From NCBI GenBank assembly GCA_964577805.1, contig CAZOAG010000004.1, positions 67,634-131,633 of the forward strand: 64,000 nt of DNA, given 5' to 3'. The DNA is from an uncultured Opitutales bacterium. GTDB lineage: Bacteria; Verrucomicrobiota; Verrucomicrobiia; Opitutales; JAIRKQ01. The notes under the pieces are model-generated. The model did not search any database. It had not been told where the DNA came from and saw only the letters and a program-made list of their open reading frames with translations. The translations under genes and the position numbers were made by a program. Below are positions 19,119 through 29,626 of this stretch, in pieces. Within the stretch, counting starts at the first letter, position 1, and each line of letters begins with the position of its first letter.

Positions 19119-20354
19119 TTATCGTAATTTCGCCAATACTGGCAATCCATTCTCGTACGTATTAGACACCTCACCAATAATCAATGGAGATGCATATTTG
19201 AAGAACGGAACATCCAACATCATCTCTTCATAAACATACCAATCTTCCGGCAGTGTTTTCTTTTTTGAAGATACATTATCGAGATCTACGCATGTAATTT
19301 CACTGGTATACCTCGATGCATCCGCTCGCAACAATGTTATCATTTTGCTGCTAACACCCATACCAATAGCCAGCTCTAATGCCTTTTGTGCACATAGTTC
19401 GCACTCAGCAACATCTGTACCTGATAATGTCATACAAGATGTTAATTCCCAGTCGTGTAAGGTGACTGTATCTATTTGAACATCAAAATTCGCACTCGCT
19501 ATCATTTTAACATGCTCCACAATAGATTCTTTTACAGTAATTGGCTCTCCTGATATATCTATCAATCGAGATCCAACAACAACAACACAGTTGCCGAAAT
19601 TTCTTAATGCCTGATGTGCATTTTTTACAAATGTTCCTTCATCAAAACGTGATAGTATCACAATATGAGGAATATCATTACTATCCTTACGTCCTCTTGC
19701 CAATGCAGCACTGCTCAATATCCATTCGTCGGAACATCCATCAATATGAATGATCGTAATGGCACCATTGCCTTGTCTCGATTGAATACTCGACGTTATA
19801 TTTCTTACAAGCAATGACATATGTTTCGCCATCGAACCATACCCCAAACAATGATCCGTCAACTGCAATCCATTATTCGCAACTGTCGGAATCAATATAA
19901 CACGCATATTATACCCATTTTTTTTCGCTGCCAAATCGATCAATTTGCAAGCTTCTACTGAAGTATCATCTCCAACAACGAACATATATACAATATCATG
20001 CTTTTTACAAATTTGTACTATCTTGCCCGCATCAACATGATCGCTGTCGATTGATTTTAATGCTGCTCCTGGCGTACATATCAAATTCGATATCGTTTTT
20101 TGTGGTTGCGCAGCAAGATCTATAAATTGTTCATTCAAAATACTATTTAAACCACCAAAACAACCATACACTTCTTCAATATTGCCATAATTTAATGATT
20201 TTTTTATCAGTGCTGCCAAAATAGCATTTGTCACAGCAGAAGGTTTTCCCATTTGCAACATCAACACATTTCCAACTAACTCGCTCATATGACTCTCTGT
20301 TGCCGCCAAACCTGACGTAAAAATTAAATTACGCAATAATTTTTTATTACACAC
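19119..20354 (-). CDS. Phosphofructokinase-family protein with degenerate catalytic motifs (possible pseudoenzyme or regulatory subunit)
   Basis: Collinear with the PFK fold. MGKPSAVTN sits at the GGxxPGxN site, VVGDDTS at GGDGS/GGDDS, IPTVANNG at PKTIDND, and IIHIDGCSD at VMGR. The track start is a GTG at 20354; an alternative ATG at 20288 gives MSELVGNVLMLQMG. Confidence 0.65.
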   Translation of the reverse strand: MCNKKLLRNLIFTSGLAATESHMSELVGNVLMLQMGKPSAVTNAILAALIKKSLNYGNIEEVYGCFGGLNSILNEQFIDLAAQPQKTISNLICTPGAALKSIDSDHVDAGKIVQICKKHDIVYMFVVGDDTSVEACKLIDLAAKKNGYNMRVILIPTVANNGLQLTDHCLGYGSMAKHMSLLVRNITSSIQSRQGNGAITIIHIDGCSDEWILSSAALARGRKDSNDIPHIVILSRFDEGTFVKNAHQALRNFGNCVVVVGSRLIDISGEPITVKESIVEHVKMIASANFDVQIDTVTLHDWELTSCMTLSGTDVAECELCAQKALELAIGMGVSSKMITLLRADASRYTSEITCVDLDNVSSKKKTLPEDWYVYEEMMLDVPFFKYASPLIIGEVSNTYENGLPVLAKLR

Positions 20355-20366
20355 ATATGCGTGATA

Positions 20367-22295
20367 TTAATCAACCACTTGCATACGATTGTTTCGCAAA
20401 CTATCACTATAATGGTGTAATATAGCTTTCAAAAATGTTTCTAACTTTTCTCGTTCATCTCTAACTGCAGAGTCATTGATGAGATTATTTGACAATAAAA
20501 CATCATCACGCGAATATAATTCTATAACATTTTCTCCGTCGAATTTAATGACAAAATCATCGGTAATTAATTGATATATGCCGTTTTTATAACTAATAAC
20601 AAACCGATCAACTGTCTGGTCGAAAACACTCTGCCCAAAAGAAAAATATGAATCATTTATGCCCAATAAATCCAAAACAGATGGCATTATATCAATCTGC
20701 TGTGCTAATGTATTTGGTCGCCCAACTAGCACACCATTCGGGTCGTAAAACATGATAGGAATAGAATATCCTCCGACAGACTTCTGGTAATATGGCTGTT
20801 GAGCACCTGCAATATGGTCAGCAACTATGACGAAAATAGTATTTTTATACCAATCCATCTGCTCTGCTGTCTCAAAAAACTTTTTTAACGAATAATCAGT
20901 ATACCCTATCAATTCTTCCAATGGTTCATGCCATGAGCCACGAGGAAATTTACCATATAAATGTTCTGGATATACATATGGATGATGTGATGATAATGTA
21001 AATAATGTCGCAAAAAATGGCTGTTTAGCCTCATTTATTTTACGAGCAGCAAATTGAAAAAATTGTTCATCATATACACCCCATCCAACAATATCACTAC
21101 TTGGCCCATCATAATCGTATTGGCAATAATTTTTATCAATGCCTGTTGATAATACTAAACTGCCGAAATTACAACTATTTGGCTTGCCTCCATAAAAAAA
21201 CATCGTTTCGTATCCGCTATTTTTTAACATTTTTGGTAGAGAATCAATTGTGTTGCCGGCATATGCACTGGTAATATATAATGACTCAAATAACGGCGGT
21301 ATGCTGGTCAAAATCGATGTTAACCCATCTATCGAAACAGTGCCATTAGCGAAACCATCCAATACATAACTTTTCGACATTAAACTGTCCAAAAATGGAG
21401 TAAACCCTTTATGATCTGCCGGCTTAAACTGTCGATCCAACGCTCCAATATGTTCTGCTGAAAAACTTTCTAAAATTATTATCATGACATTTTTGCCAGC
21501 AAACATCCCAAAATATGGATGTTTGTCATGTTGTGGACGATGATATGCAGAATAATATTGTTGACATATGTCATCATCAAAAAAATGCCATTCTGGCAAA
21601 CTAGCTTTTAATCGTGTATGAAAAACATTAAACGCTGCATTATTCACCAACACTGATGTTGTATGAGATGGTGCATATATATTGCAATCGACTGGCTTCA
21701 ATGGTTTATTTTGAAAACCACCACGCACACATACAATTAAACAAACAATAGATATTAAAAAATAACAATAATCTCTCAATCGAATGCATACACGTGGCAT
21801 TTTTATCAACGATAACAGCAACAATATAACAATAATTAACAATCCTGCAGCGGCAACATACCAAAACCGAATAATCATATCGACATATATTGATATATCT
21901 TCTGTCAACATATTATGCTGTGTTAAAATCTCACCACCCATACGACGAAATGTAAACATGAAATATTTCGCATCGATGATATTCAAAATGAGCATGATCC
22001 CATTAGAAATAAAATATCCAACATTCAGAAAAAAATTAATAAATTTATTGCTACGACATGAAATCGGGAGTGTCCATGCAATCCAAAATGGAGCATTAAA
22101 AATAGCCAACGTAGCAATGTCAAATCGAACACCAACTATAAACGATTTTATAACGTTCCACTGAGGTTCTTCTTTGAAGAAATCATGATTACAACAAAAA
22201 AACAATAACCGAGCGACCGATAGCAATAATAAAACACCACCAATTTTACAAAAAAACGCACGCCAATAACTTTTATATTGCAAATCGTCACCCAT
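20367..22295 (-). CDS. LtaS/OpgB-type membrane sulfatase-family phosphoglycerol transferase
   Basis: 642-aa ORF with ~5 N-terminal TM helices, then an alkaline-phosphatase-superfamily domain (NVMIIILESFSAEHIG..., TLSSHHPY, IVADH). Confidence 0.75.
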   Translation of the reverse strand: MGDDLQYKSYWRAFFCKIGGVLLLLSVARLLFFCCNHDFFKEEPQWNVIKSFIVGVRFDIATLAIFNAPFWIAWTLPISCRSNKFINFFLNVGYFISNGIMLILNIIDAKYFMFTFRRMGGEILTQHNMLTEDISIYVDMIIRFWYVAAAGLLIIVILLLLSLIKMPRVCIRLRDYCYFLISIVCLIVCVRGGFQNKPLKPVDCNIYAPSHTTSVLVNNAAFNVFHTRLKASLPEWHFFDDDICQQYYSAYHRPQHDKHPYFGMFAGKNVMIIILESFSAEHIGALDRQFKPADHKGFTPFLDSLMSKSYVLDGFANGTVSIDGLTSILTSIPPLFESLYITSAYAGNTIDSLPKMLKNSGYETMFFYGGKPNSCNFGSLVLSTGIDKNYCQYDYDGPSSDIVGWGVYDEQFFQFAARKINEAKQPFFATLFTLSSHHPYVYPEHLYGKFPRGSWHEPLEELIGYTDYSLKKFFETAEQMDWYKNTIFVIVADHIAGAQQPYYQKSVGGYSIPIMFYDPNGVLVGRPNTLAQQIDIMPSVLDLLGINDSYFSFGQSVFDQTVDRFVISYKNGIYQLITDDFVIKFDGENVIELYSRDDVLLSNNLINDSAVRDEREKLETFLKAILHHYSDSLRNNRMQVVD

Positions 22296-22331
22296 GTCTT
22301 TCTTTCTTTTGCAAAATTGCTATTCAAAAAC

Positions 22332-22733
22332 ATGACCGTTCCAAGACAATTCTTCCGAAAGCTTTATCGATTGGTCATAATTTTTCTTTGGCGATATATT
22401 GTAAATCCATTGAGTTATTCCATCAGTGGAATGAATTTTATGCGCCATGAACGACCATTTCGTGTAGAGCTCGTCTGCGGAATAGTAATATGGCCAATAT
22501 GCCTGCTTATATTTGGATGGCATTGGAAACTATTATTAATAACGATTGATTTTATGGTATTATTATGTGCGGAATGTTTAAATACAGCGATAGAATCAAT
22601 AGTAGATTTTGCAGCTCAAAATAAACGATTTGTACTGGCTAAAAAGGCCAAGGATACTGCCAGCGCAGCTGTTTACATAGCACTGTGCAATATTATAATA
22701 ACAGCAGTTTTTCTCCTGACATTGCCAAAATAA
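22332..22733 (+). CDS. dgkA: Diacylglycerol kinase (DgkA family)
   Basis: ERPFRVELVCGIV...LLCAECLNTAIESIVDFAAQNKRFVLAKKAKDTASAAVYIAL aligns with E. coli DgkA (EAAFRQE...EILNSAIEAVVDR...AKDMGSAAV). The ATG at 22332 is preferred over the track start at 22278. Confidence 0.85.
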   Translation: MTVPRQFFRKLYRLVIIFLWRYIVNPLSYSISGMNFMRHERPFRVELVCGIVIWPICLLIFGWHWKLLLITIDFMVLLCAECLNTAIESIVDFAAQNKRFVLAKKAKDTASAAVYIALCNIIITAVFLLTLPK

Positions 22734-22760
22734 AAATTTATTCAAAAATTTTAATATGCA

Positions 22761-23303
22761 TTATTGCTGAACATGAATAAATGGCATTACAATGAATGAT
22801 GCTCCCATTACAAACATTGCAGATGACACAAAATGTCGTACTGCAGAATGTTTTATAAGGTAGTTCACTGCATCTCGCCACAAATATGGAACTGATCCGA
22901 CAATCATCGACAATAAGACCACAACATACACAAAAGAAACGAGAATAATCTTACCAAAAATCAGTTCAGTATATACTGTCCACAAAATAGCATTGGATGC
23001 CATCAAACATAAAACAGCCAACCCGCGAATGGCTAATAATTCTCGCAACCAAATAAACGACATCAGCAATATTGTGCCAAATGTTACAAATAGAACATTT
23101 CTGTATTCTCCGAAATCAGCAATGCTTAAATGCAATACATTCCATAAAAACCATCCGCCACCAATACTTAATGTCCAAAATGCACTATTTTTATTAAAAA
23201 CAAAAAAGTCATAAACTGCTGCCAAGCACCTAGATGAACAAACAACACATGCAACTGCTAACAATATTACTCCAACAACAGCAACTAGAAAAGACGCGCA
23301 CAT
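22761..23303 (-). CDS. Hypothetical polytopic membrane protein
   Basis: 180-aa ORF with ~5-6 hydrophobic helices. No recognisable motif. Confidence 0.5.
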   Translation of the reverse strand: MCASFLVAVVGVILLAVACVVCSSRCLAAVYDFFVFNKNSAFWTLSIGGGWFLWNVLHLSIADFGEYRNVLFVTFGTILLMSFIWLRELLAIRGLAVLCLMASNAILWTVYTELIFGKIILVSFVYVVVLLSMIVGSVPYLWRDAVNYLIKHSAVRHFVSSAMFVMGASFIVMPFIHVQQ

Positions 23304-23322
23304 TACATTATATAATTAACAG

Positions 23323-23396
23323 TGGCTGCCCGACCAGGGTTCGAACCTAGACAAACTGGACCAAAACCAGTTGTGCTACCATTACACCATCGGGCA
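23323..23396 (-). tRNA. tRNA-Gln (anticodon UUG), CCA encoded
   Basis: The reverse complement folds as a cloverleaf: acceptor TGCCCGA/TCGGGCA, D stem GTGT/GCAC, anticodon stem ACTGG/CCAGT with loop TTTTGGT, and T arm CTAGG-TTCGAAC-CCTGG, followed by G-CCA. Confidence 0.92.
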
Positions 23397-23487
23397 ACAT
23401 AACACTTCATCTGCCAAATACCAGACTGCATACGTCTTTAAAAGATTCATCTTTTCAAAGTCAAGAAGTTCCAATATAAAAAACAAC

Positions 23488-24663
23488 ATGCCAATAAATA
23501 TTCATGAACAAAATGGACAATGTTCGAGTTCGAAATTAGGGCTATATTGTCATGTGCCATTTTGTGCAAACAATTGTGCATACTGTGCATTTTATAAAGA
23601 ACGACCAACGGCACAACTTATTCAAGATTACATAAAAGGAATAAATATAGAAGAACAATTATTAGAACAACACAAACCATTCGATACAATATATGTTGGT
23701 GGCGGAACACCAGGAATATTAGTCCCAGAAAAATTAGATACACTTTGTAGAATTTTAAAACGACATGCCAAACAAGAATTAGATGAATTTTCTATAGAAT
23801 TATCTCCAAATACAGTAACTACAGAAAAATTACAAATATTAAAATCTCATGGATGTAATCGGATTACCATGGGAGTACAAAGCTTCAATGCCAATACATT
23901 AAAAGCTCTAGGCCGACGACAACAACTAAAACAAACACTATCAGCCTATTCAATATTACGAAATGGACCGATTAAAAATATTGGCATAGACCTAATATTT
24001 GGTGCTCCAGGACAAACTATAAAAGATTGGTTATCGGATCTAGAAACAGCGGTTTCATTAAATCCAGACCATATTTCTACATATAATTTAACATTTGAAG
24101 ATGATACACCATTAACAACAGCGTTAAATCAACATATTATCGATAAAAAAACATGCGATACGGAAGCAGAATTTTATCTTCAAACATGTCATTTTTTAGA
24201 ACAAACAGATTATAAACAATATGAAATTTCTAATTTTTCTAAACCAGGAAAAGAAAGCATTCATAATATTAATACATGGAATATGCAAGAATGGATAGGG
24301 ATCGGCCCATCAGCATGTTCTCAATATCGCAATACTAGGTTCCAAAATCCACATTCTTTAAATCAATGGTTAACCAAAATAAAGAACCATACTTTAGCAC
24401 ATGATAATATGGAAAAAATATCACAACAAAAACTTGCTGAAGACTGTATAATATTTGGACTCCGATTATCCAATGGAATTAATATCAAACATTTACAACA
24501 ACGATTCAGATCCATTAATTTTGATGTATTCGAACCACTCTGGCAACAATTGTTAAATGAACATCTAGCAAATTATTCTAATGATATAATAAAATTAACA
24601 GAAAAAGGACGTCTTGTCGCCGATGCTATAGCAACAGAGATCATCGGAAAATTGGACAATTAA
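23488..24663 (+). CDS. hemW: Radical-SAM heme chaperone / oxygen-independent coproporphyrinogen oxidase-like protein
   Basis: LGLYCHVPFCANNCAYCAFY (CxxxCxxC), IYVGGGTPG, and an HemN_C-like tail. The ATG at 23488 is preferred because the track start at 23371 overlaps tRNA-Gln. Confidence 0.85.
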   Translation: MPINIHEQNGQCSSSKLGLYCHVPFCANNCAYCAFYKERPTAQLIQDYIKGINIEEQLLEQHKPFDTIYVGGGTPGILVPEKLDTLCRILKRHAKQELDEFSIELSPNTVTTEKLQILKSHGCNRITMGVQSFNANTLKALGRRQQLKQTLSAYSILRNGPIKNIGIDLIFGAPGQTIKDWLSDLETAVSLNPDHISTYNLTFEDDTPLTTALNQHIIDKKTCDTEAEFYLQTCHFLEQTDYKQYEISNFSKPGKESIHNINTWNMQEWIGIGPSACSQYRNTRFQNPHSLNQWLTKIKNHTLAHDNMEKISQQKLAEDCIIFGLRLSNGINIKHLQQRFRSINFDVFEPLWQQLLNEHLANYSNDIIKLTEKGRLVADAIATEIIGKLDN

Positions 24664-24759
24664 TGCGCTAAAGCATGGCTCATTTGACTGAAAAAATACT
24701 GACATAATGAACCTCTTAATAAAGCATTTAAAAAAATCACTGTCTTGTCTTAAAATGAT

Positions 24760-25878
24760 CTACTTTATTATCCAATTATATGGAATGTGAGATATTACAT
24801 CACAGCCATTATCTGTTATTAAAACATCATCTTCTATGCGAACTCCACCAATATCATGATAATATAATCCTGGCTCAACTGTAACTACCATATTAGTCTG
24901 TAGAACATCATCACAAAGACCTAATCTCGGGGATTCATGAATATTCAATCCTATCCCATGGCCCAATGAATGGAACATGCCATATGGTGGACGTGACAGT
25001 TTGTCGGTCTTATATCCACGACTATCGAACAACGACAATACTTTATGCATAATATCTATTACTTTAACACCATTGCATGCATGTTGTATTGCCATATCAT
25101 GTGCATCCTTTACCGCAGTATATAATTTAATATGTTCGTTTGATGGAGTGCCTTTAAAAAATGTTCGCGTAACATCAGCATAATATCCTGTATTACGAAG
25201 ATATGGAAAGAAATCTATAACAATAAAGTCATTTGACTTGATCGGGCCATGTCCGATTTGATGAGGATCACACGCATCCTTTCCACACGCCACTATCGTA
25301 TCAGAGCCAATAGCGCCGAGCTGATAACATAAATTTTCTATTTCACTACGCAAACGATCGGATGTCAAAACATCTCCACAATAAATAAGTTCATTATTCA
25401 CGTTTATTGATGCGTTTGATAAAATATTTTCAATATGTTGTAAAACATCCTTCACAATATTCGTTGCACGACGAATTTCGCAAATCTCATATTCTGTCTT
25501 TATAATACGTTCTGGCAGAATATATTGTTCATTAACATCGATAGAAATACCATTTTTTCGCAAACCATCTGCAAGCCACACTGGACATGTCGGTTTAACA
25601 TTTAAGTGTGAAATATTAATATCTTTTAAAAACTGTAAAATAATGTCCAAATCAGATGGCCGATCGATCGTAATGCGAGATTTAACGTCATCCCATGATA
25701 TGGCATCAGTAACATTTTCTACATTACGTATACGATTGATTTCTAGTGCACTTGCTAATACTATCAGTCGTTGGCCATCATATACTACTGCCAAATCATC
25801 AGGAATATGCACCCCCAATAAATATCGCAAATCAGCATCATTCGTAGTATTTGAAAATATCAATAATTCGTTATCCAC
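24760..25878 (-). CDS. M24-family Xaa-Pro aminopeptidase/dipeptidase
   Basis: 372-aa ORF with metal ligands in context: DFFPYLRNTGYYADVTRTF, HSLGHGIGLNIHESP, VEPGLY, GGVRIEDDV. Confidence 0.88.
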   Translation of the reverse strand: MDNELLIFSNTTNDADLRYLLGVHIPDDLAVVYDGQRLIVLASALEINRIRNVENVTDAISWDDVKSRITIDRPSDLDIILQFLKDINISHLNVKPTCPVWLADGLRKNGISIDVNEQYILPERIIKTEYEICEIRRATNIVKDVLQHIENILSNASINVNNELIYCGDVLTSDRLRSEIENLCYQLGAIGSDTIVACGKDACDPHQIGHGPIKSNDFIVIDFFPYLRNTGYYADVTRTFFKGTPSNEHIKLYTAVKDAHDMAIQHACNGVKVIDIMHKVLSLFDSRGYKTDKLSRPPYGMFHSLGHGIGLNIHESPRLGLCDDVLQTNMVVTVEPGLYYHDIGGVRIEDDVLITDNGCDVISHIPYNWIIK

Positions 25879-25951
25879 TTATGATTGTATTCTGGCCATC
25901 TAAACAATTGTTATCAATGATAAAAACAAATGAATATGGCAATTTGCAATT

Positions 25952-28174
25952 CTACATCATATCTAGTGGATCAACATCAATAACGCATGCAATATTCTTT
26001 TTTTTGCCAGAACATCGAATGGCATCCTGAATGATGTTTAATGCCATTGGAACATACGACGTAAAACAAACAATAGAATATCGAAATTTATCGTGTGATT
26101 TGGAAATTATCGCTGGAGAAGGTGGCCGTACATCAAATTTTCCTTTTGATGTTTTTATAATATTTTCAAAAACATCACATGCATAATATTTGGTCTTTTG
26201 TTCATTATGCCCCGAAAATATTAATCGAATAATATGCGAAAATGGAGGATATGAAAACTCTCGCCGTGCCATCATTTCTGTCATTAAAAATGATGTATCA
26301 TCATTATTAACTGCCATTTTTATCAATGACGAATCAGAACATCTTGTTTGAACAATAACATGGCCTGTTTTTTCTCCTCTACCAGCTCGCCCAGACACTT
26401 GAACAATCGATTGAAACACCCGTTCATTCGCCCGAAAATCAGGAAAATTTATAGCATGATCAATATTAACTATCCCAACAAGTGTCAAATTAGGAAAATC
26501 TAACCCCTTTGCGATCATTTGTGTCCCTACTAAAATATCAATCTCCCCATGTCCAAATTTATTCAAAATTTCACAAAATCGATACTTTGTAGTCATTATA
26601 TCGGAATCCATACGTTCAATACGAGCATCCGGAAAACATTCTTTTACTATACTAGCAATTTTTTGTGTTCCTGCACCACTGTGTAAAATATCCTTGCTAC
26701 CACATTTCGGACATTTTATCGGCAATGGTTCCACATAATCGCATAAATGACATCGCAAAATATCATGCTGTTTATGATATGTCAATGAAGTGCTACAATG
26801 CGGACATGTTGCCACATAATCACAACAATCGCAAAATACAACTGATGCAAACCCACGTTTATTGATAAATAATACTATCTGCTCATTTTTCTGCAGTCTG
26901 TCTTCTATAGCATTTAATAATGCTGATGATAAATATTTCTGTCCGCGATGTGTTTTTTCATATCGCATATTGACAACTTCTATCGATGGCATCGCACTAC
27001 CATCAATACGTTGCGATATGCGGCTTACACGATATTTTCCTATAGTTGTATTATATAATGATTCTAATGATGGTGTAGCAGACCCAAGAATACAAACAGC
27101 ATTACATAATTTTGCACGATAAACAGCAACATCACGTGCATTATATCGTGGCATTTCATTTTGTTTATACGTCGTCTCATGTTCTTCATCAACAATGATC
27201 AACCGTAAATTGTTAAATGGTGAAAAAATTGCAGATCGTGCACCAATAACTATTCTTGCAGTACCACTCGACATTGCCATCCAAGCATCACGACGTTCGC
27301 CATCAGACAACCCACTATGCCATATGACAATTTCATCACAATTCAAACATAAACTATTTCGTATTCTTGCCACTGTCTGTGGTGTCAATGATAATTCTGG
27401 AACCAAATAAATCACTTGTCCATTCTGGTCCAAAACATGACGAATAACTTTTAAATATACTTCTGTTTTCCCTGATCCAGTAACACCATGCAAAACATGC
27501 GTAACAAACTTACATGATACTACATCATTTATTAACGCATCGCTCGCTTCCTTCTGTTCATCACTCAATATAATTTTTTTTGATTTTATATAATCACAAC
27601 CAATAAATGCATTATTAAATGAACGACAAATATCATACGTTATCACTGATAAATATGACTTTTCTATAAGGGCACGACATGCAGATGATGATATCGCGAC
27701 AGCATCACTTTTTTTTATCGGGGCAGATGATTGTCTGACCATGTCATAAATTTTATATTGTTTTTGTGAACGCCGTTTTAAATTTTCCGTTTCATCAAAT
27801 GTCAACTCTTTTGATATTGACAAAAACAGCTCTTTGCGAGCAGGCATTTCATTGCGTATCGATGACGGGAGAACGGTTTCTATCAATGATTTCATCGTTG
27901 CTGCATAATAAACATGCATCCATTTTATTAATGCGATCACATCTTCACCAAGAACAATATTATCATATAATACTCTATTGATTTCCTTTATCGGAAATTC
28001 TATTGTTGCAACATCAACATATCGTACAGAAACAACTATTCCTAATACATAAGTTTTTCCAAATGGAACTTTTACGATCGAACCAACAGACACACTAAGA
28101 TTCTCTGGAATTTTATATAGCAGAGGATCATCAAATATACTTGTCGTTATTACATCTGCACAATATTCATTCAT
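25952..28174 (-). CDS. priA: Primosomal replication-restart helicase PriA
   Basis: 740-aa ORF with HGVTGSGKTEVY (Walker A), IIVDEEHE, a Cys-rich zinc-binding insert (CDCCDYVATCPHCSTSLTYHKQHDILRCHLCDY...CPKCGS) and VQVSGRAGR. Confidence 0.95.
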   Translation of the reverse strand: MNEYCADVITTSIFDDPLLYKIPENLSVSVGSIVKVPFGKTYVLGIVVSVRYVDVATIEFPIKEINRVLYDNIVLGEDVIALIKWMHVYYAATMKSLIETVLPSSIRNEMPARKELFLSISKELTFDETENLKRRSQKQYKIYDMVRQSSAPIKKSDAVAISSSACRALIEKSYLSVITYDICRSFNNAFIGCDYIKSKKIILSDEQKEASDALINDVVSCKFVTHVLHGVTGSGKTEVYLKVIRHVLDQNGQVIYLVPELSLTPQTVARIRNSLCLNCDEIVIWHSGLSDGERRDAWMAMSSGTARIVIGARSAIFSPFNNLRLIIVDEEHETTYKQNEMPRYNARDVAVYRAKLCNAVCILGSATPSLESLYNTTIGKYRVSRISQRIDGSAMPSIEVVNMRYEKTHRGQKYLSSALLNAIEDRLQKNEQIVLFINKRGFASVVFCDCCDYVATCPHCSTSLTYHKQHDILRCHLCDYVEPLPIKCPKCGSKDILHSGAGTQKIASIVKECFPDARIERMDSDIMTTKYRFCEILNKFGHGEIDILVGTQMIAKGLDFPNLTLVGIVNIDHAINFPDFRANERVFQSIVQVSGRAGRGEKTGHVIVQTRCSDSSLIKMAVNNDDTSFLMTEMMARREFSYPPFSHIIRLIFSGHNEQKTKYYACDVFENIIKTSKGKFDVRPPSPAIISKSHDKFRYSIVCFTSYVPMALNIIQDAIRCSGKKKNIACVIDVDPLDMM

Positions 28175-28178
28175 TACG

Positions 28179-29453
28179 CTATAGTATCATACTTACAGCA
28201 TAACGTATGATAAAAAAGATCGCGACTGTCAACAATGCCGACATCGGAACAGTAATCAACCATGCGATAAAAATTTTAATGATTGTGGGCAATTTCAACC
28301 CACGAAATCCTTTTTCTAATCCTACACCGATTACAGACCCTGTAGCAGCATGTGTTGAACTAATAGGCATTCCAAATACAGACGCTATAATAATTGTTAT
28401 CGCTGTAGAAAAATCTACAGCGAACCCCTTAGAATTTGTCAACAACGTTATATTATGTCCCAATGTCCCTATCACTTTATGTCCAAGAGACAGCACACCT
28501 ATCGACATTCCAAGCCCCCCAAATGCAAGTAACCATAACGGAATGTCATGTCCTGCAAATGAATTTGGTATACTGCCCAATTTCGTTACAAAATAAATTG
28601 CAACTACTGGTGTTACACTATTCGCAACATCATTTGATCCAATAGCAAACCCTATTAAACATGATATCCCTGCCTGAAACCGCCTGAACACATGTTCTAC
28701 ACCAAATTCTCGTGTATGAAATCGTCTTGCAAGATGCTGTGTCACTATCTTGAAAAGTATATACAGCACCGGCAATGACAATAACATCAACATTCCAATT
28801 GTCATGCAACTGACACAAACTGGCCAATATTTTGTACTATGAATTATTGCAATGACAACAGCAGCAACCATCATTGTTGCGAACAATGGTATCCAGTCGC
28901 ATGCACGCTGCATAATACGATCTCGATCACCACTATATATCGTCAACCTGATCAATTTGATCACACTGAATGATAACATCGCCGATAAAAATGGCGTTAA
29001 CATCCATGATATTACCAATATTCCAAGTGATGCCCAATTGACAGAATCATAACTACCAATAACTAGTGCAATTCCGATCATACCACCAACAATGGCATGA
29101 GTCGAACTTACTGGTAACCCTGTATGCGTTGATAAAAAAATAAACACCCCTGCTGCCAACATACAACTAATCATGCCAGCAATATAAACATGCATGTCAT
29201 GAAAACATCGTACATTGACAATGCCATCAACCAATGTTTTTGAAACATTAGCTCCTAATAAAACAGCTCCACAAACATTTAAAAATGCTGCGATAACGAG
29301 TGCATGTTTTATTTTTAATGCTTTTGATCCGACCGCTGATGCAAATGCATTGGCAATATCATTCGCTCCGTTATTAAACGCGACAAAAAATGCACCGACA
29401 ATGGCTAATGCTAATATAAACGCAACCCCAGACATACAGCAACCATACAACAC
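28179..29453 (-). CDS. PiT-family inorganic phosphate transporter
   Basis: 424-aa polytopic ORF with the duplicated GANDIANAF / GSNDVANSV PiT signature. Confidence 0.9.
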   Translation of the reverse strand: MLYGCCMSGVAFILALAIVGAFFVAFNNGANDIANAFASAVGSKALKIKHALVIAAFLNVCGAVLLGANVSKTLVDGIVNVRCFHDMHVYIAGMISCMLAAGVFIFLSTHTGLPVSSTHAIVGGMIGIALVIGSYDSVNWASLGILVISWMLTPFLSAMLSFSVIKLIRLTIYSGDRDRIMQRACDWIPLFATMMVAAVVIAIIHSTKYWPVCVSCMTIGMLMLLSLPVLYILFKIVTQHLARRFHTREFGVEHVFRRFQAGISCLIGFAIGSNDVANSVTPVVAIYFVTKLGSIPNSFAGHDIPLWLLAFGGLGMSIGVLSLGHKVIGTLGHNITLLTNSKGFAVDFSTAITIIIASVFGMPISSTHAATGSVIGVGLEKGFRGLKLPTIIKIFIAWLITVPMSALLTVAIFFIIRYAVSMIL

Positions 29454-29626
29454 TCAACATCGCATTTCATCGGATACACACTCCCCATGCAACAATGTAC
29501 AGCATAAACAGGTAGTAACAAACAACAATGAGTCAATATCTGTTTATAACATACTGTCGAATATCGTCCATATTCACTATGTTTTATACCATACAATCTA
29601 AATTGTAATTTTTATCATTAAAAAGG

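Noticed and set aside
23371..23487. N-terminal 39-aa extension of the hemW ORF as listed in the ORF track.
   Set aside because: It overlaps tRNA-Gln (23323-23396) on the opposite strand and is not conserved-looking. The ATG at 23488 gives a normal HemW N-terminus.
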